Below are positions 62,930 to 64,000 of a DNA stretch of 64,000 nt, one piece after another. A program made the translations under genes and the position numbers. Numbering within the stretch: position 1 is the stretch's first letter; each line of letters begins with the position of its first letter. This stretch comes from Octopus sinensis (lineage: Eukaryota). The stretch is taken from the NCBI RefSeq assembly GCF_006345805.1, contig NC_042998.1, forward strand, positions 49,352,001 to 49,416,000. Reading direction: 5' to 3'. The notes below the pieces were generated by a model. The model saw only the letters and a program-made list of their open reading frames with translations. It was not told the DNA's origin and did no database searches.

Positions 62930-62957
62930 TGTGGGTGAGAGAGAAAAATAAGTGTAC

Positions 62958-64000
62958 TCACGGTTGGGAGAGGGAGCATGACAGTTTGGATCTGCCTGCT
63001 TCCCCTTCTTCCGCTGCTGCAGGGCTCTTGACCGGCGTTGCCACTGGGCTCTGGGTGGGTGTGGTTGCCGGGGTTATTATCAGTTTGCCCTCCATTACCT
63101 CCTTGGTCACATCTCTTATTAGACGGTTCCTCAGATGTTCCTGAAGAACCTCCTCCTTCCACTCGTTCTCCCCTACCTTCGCGAAGCGAGCGGTTGCTTT
63201 CCCATCTGAGGTTCTACTATACAATATAAATCTCGAAATTTGCAACACTTATAAACTTTTCATTTTTCTCATCGAAAGCTATTATCCTTTCGTTCTTCTG
63301 TAGGCACTTTTTTATGTCTTGTTTTATGGGGAGGGGCTTGGCAAACTGTTTTCCAATGAAAACAGTGCCATGGGGGTAGGGTTGGGGGATTTGCTTGATG
63401 TGTGTGTCTGCTGTGTTTGCTGTTTTTTTTTCTTGTTTGGGGAGGGGAGTCCTGGGTATTCTCTTTTTTCTTTTATGAGTGACTTGTGTGTAGTCCATTA
63501 GTTCTGTATGGTCTGTTTTTGTTTCCGTACTTGTCTTCGTCTTTTTGTTGTTTTTTCTGTTTTCCTCCCCTTCAGTGATAGGGACACTTTGAGGAGGCGC
63601 TTCTTCTGTTTTTTTCTTTTTAATACAATTGGATCGGACGTGACCCTTCTCTCCACACTTGAAGCATCTGGGTCTACGTCCCTCTACCGAAACTCTCATG
63701 GACGTACCGTCCTCATTAAAGATTCTGTCGGGCAGGTTTTCTAGGATTTTGTTCTCCGCCTGCACGAGGAGCTCCAGGGTCTGGCCCTTCCACCGTACCA
63801 CCTCTTTCCTTCTCATTTGCAGTATTGATATTTCACGTTCAATGTTGTGCAGGACTGCCGCTGCTACCCACATGATGTCGTACCCTCTGGGTATGTCTTC
63901 TACCAGTAACTTCGCAGTTCGCTTCCCCATGTACGAGGGTAGCAGCATGATGTCGTCGTTTTTTAGGGTCAACGACGACACCTCTCTCGCCACCTCTGCC
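62958..64000 (-). CDS. Tx1 copy 3 ORF1, partial
   Basis: ORF-track pieces 63217-63993 (with CCHC) and 62958-63248. Confidence 0.75.

Larger units (their letters stand above)
59293..64000 (-). mobile_element. Tx1 copy 3 (5' part runs off the window)
   Basis: Near-identical to copies 1 and 2. Confidence 0.93.

Noticed and set aside
62921-62961. GTGAGT donor overlapping the ORF1 stop plus a pyrimidine tract, suggesting a mini-intron fusing ORF1 and ORF2
   Set aside because: The first downstream AG gives a 41-nt intron and an out-of-frame junction; no support without RNA data.

Overview
AT-rich, repeat-dense metazoan DNA. The SINE families and (TA)n/(CA)n landscape look like an octopus (cephalopod) genome; this is an inference. 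The only host gene I can support is the last three coding exons of CCDC58/MIX23 on + (1364-1510, 8894-8953, 17628-17681), with introns full of SINEs, RTE fragments, Helitrons and MITEs. From about 34 kb the window is a pile-up of transposons. (1) An IR/DR Tc1 (DD34E) plus an inverted partial copy flank a ~780-bp palindrome carrying a canonical hammerhead ribozyme (HHR) core on each strand. (2) A full-length CR1-type LINE (PHD/polyQ ORF1) is nested in a small HHR-bearing element. (3) A Penelope-like element (RT + GIY-YIG) has inverted termini and a U3-A8 variant HHR. (4) From 48718 to the window end there is a head-to-tail array of at least 3 near-identical ~5.3-kb Tx1/L1-clade retrotransposons. 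These have no poly(A) tail, are separated by a constant 12-mer that also occurs in the unique flank, and have a highly structured 5' UTR. The Tx1 array and the (TA)n-associated HHR mini-elements are the best candidates for an undescribed system. All family assignments come from motif recognition by eye; no searches were run.
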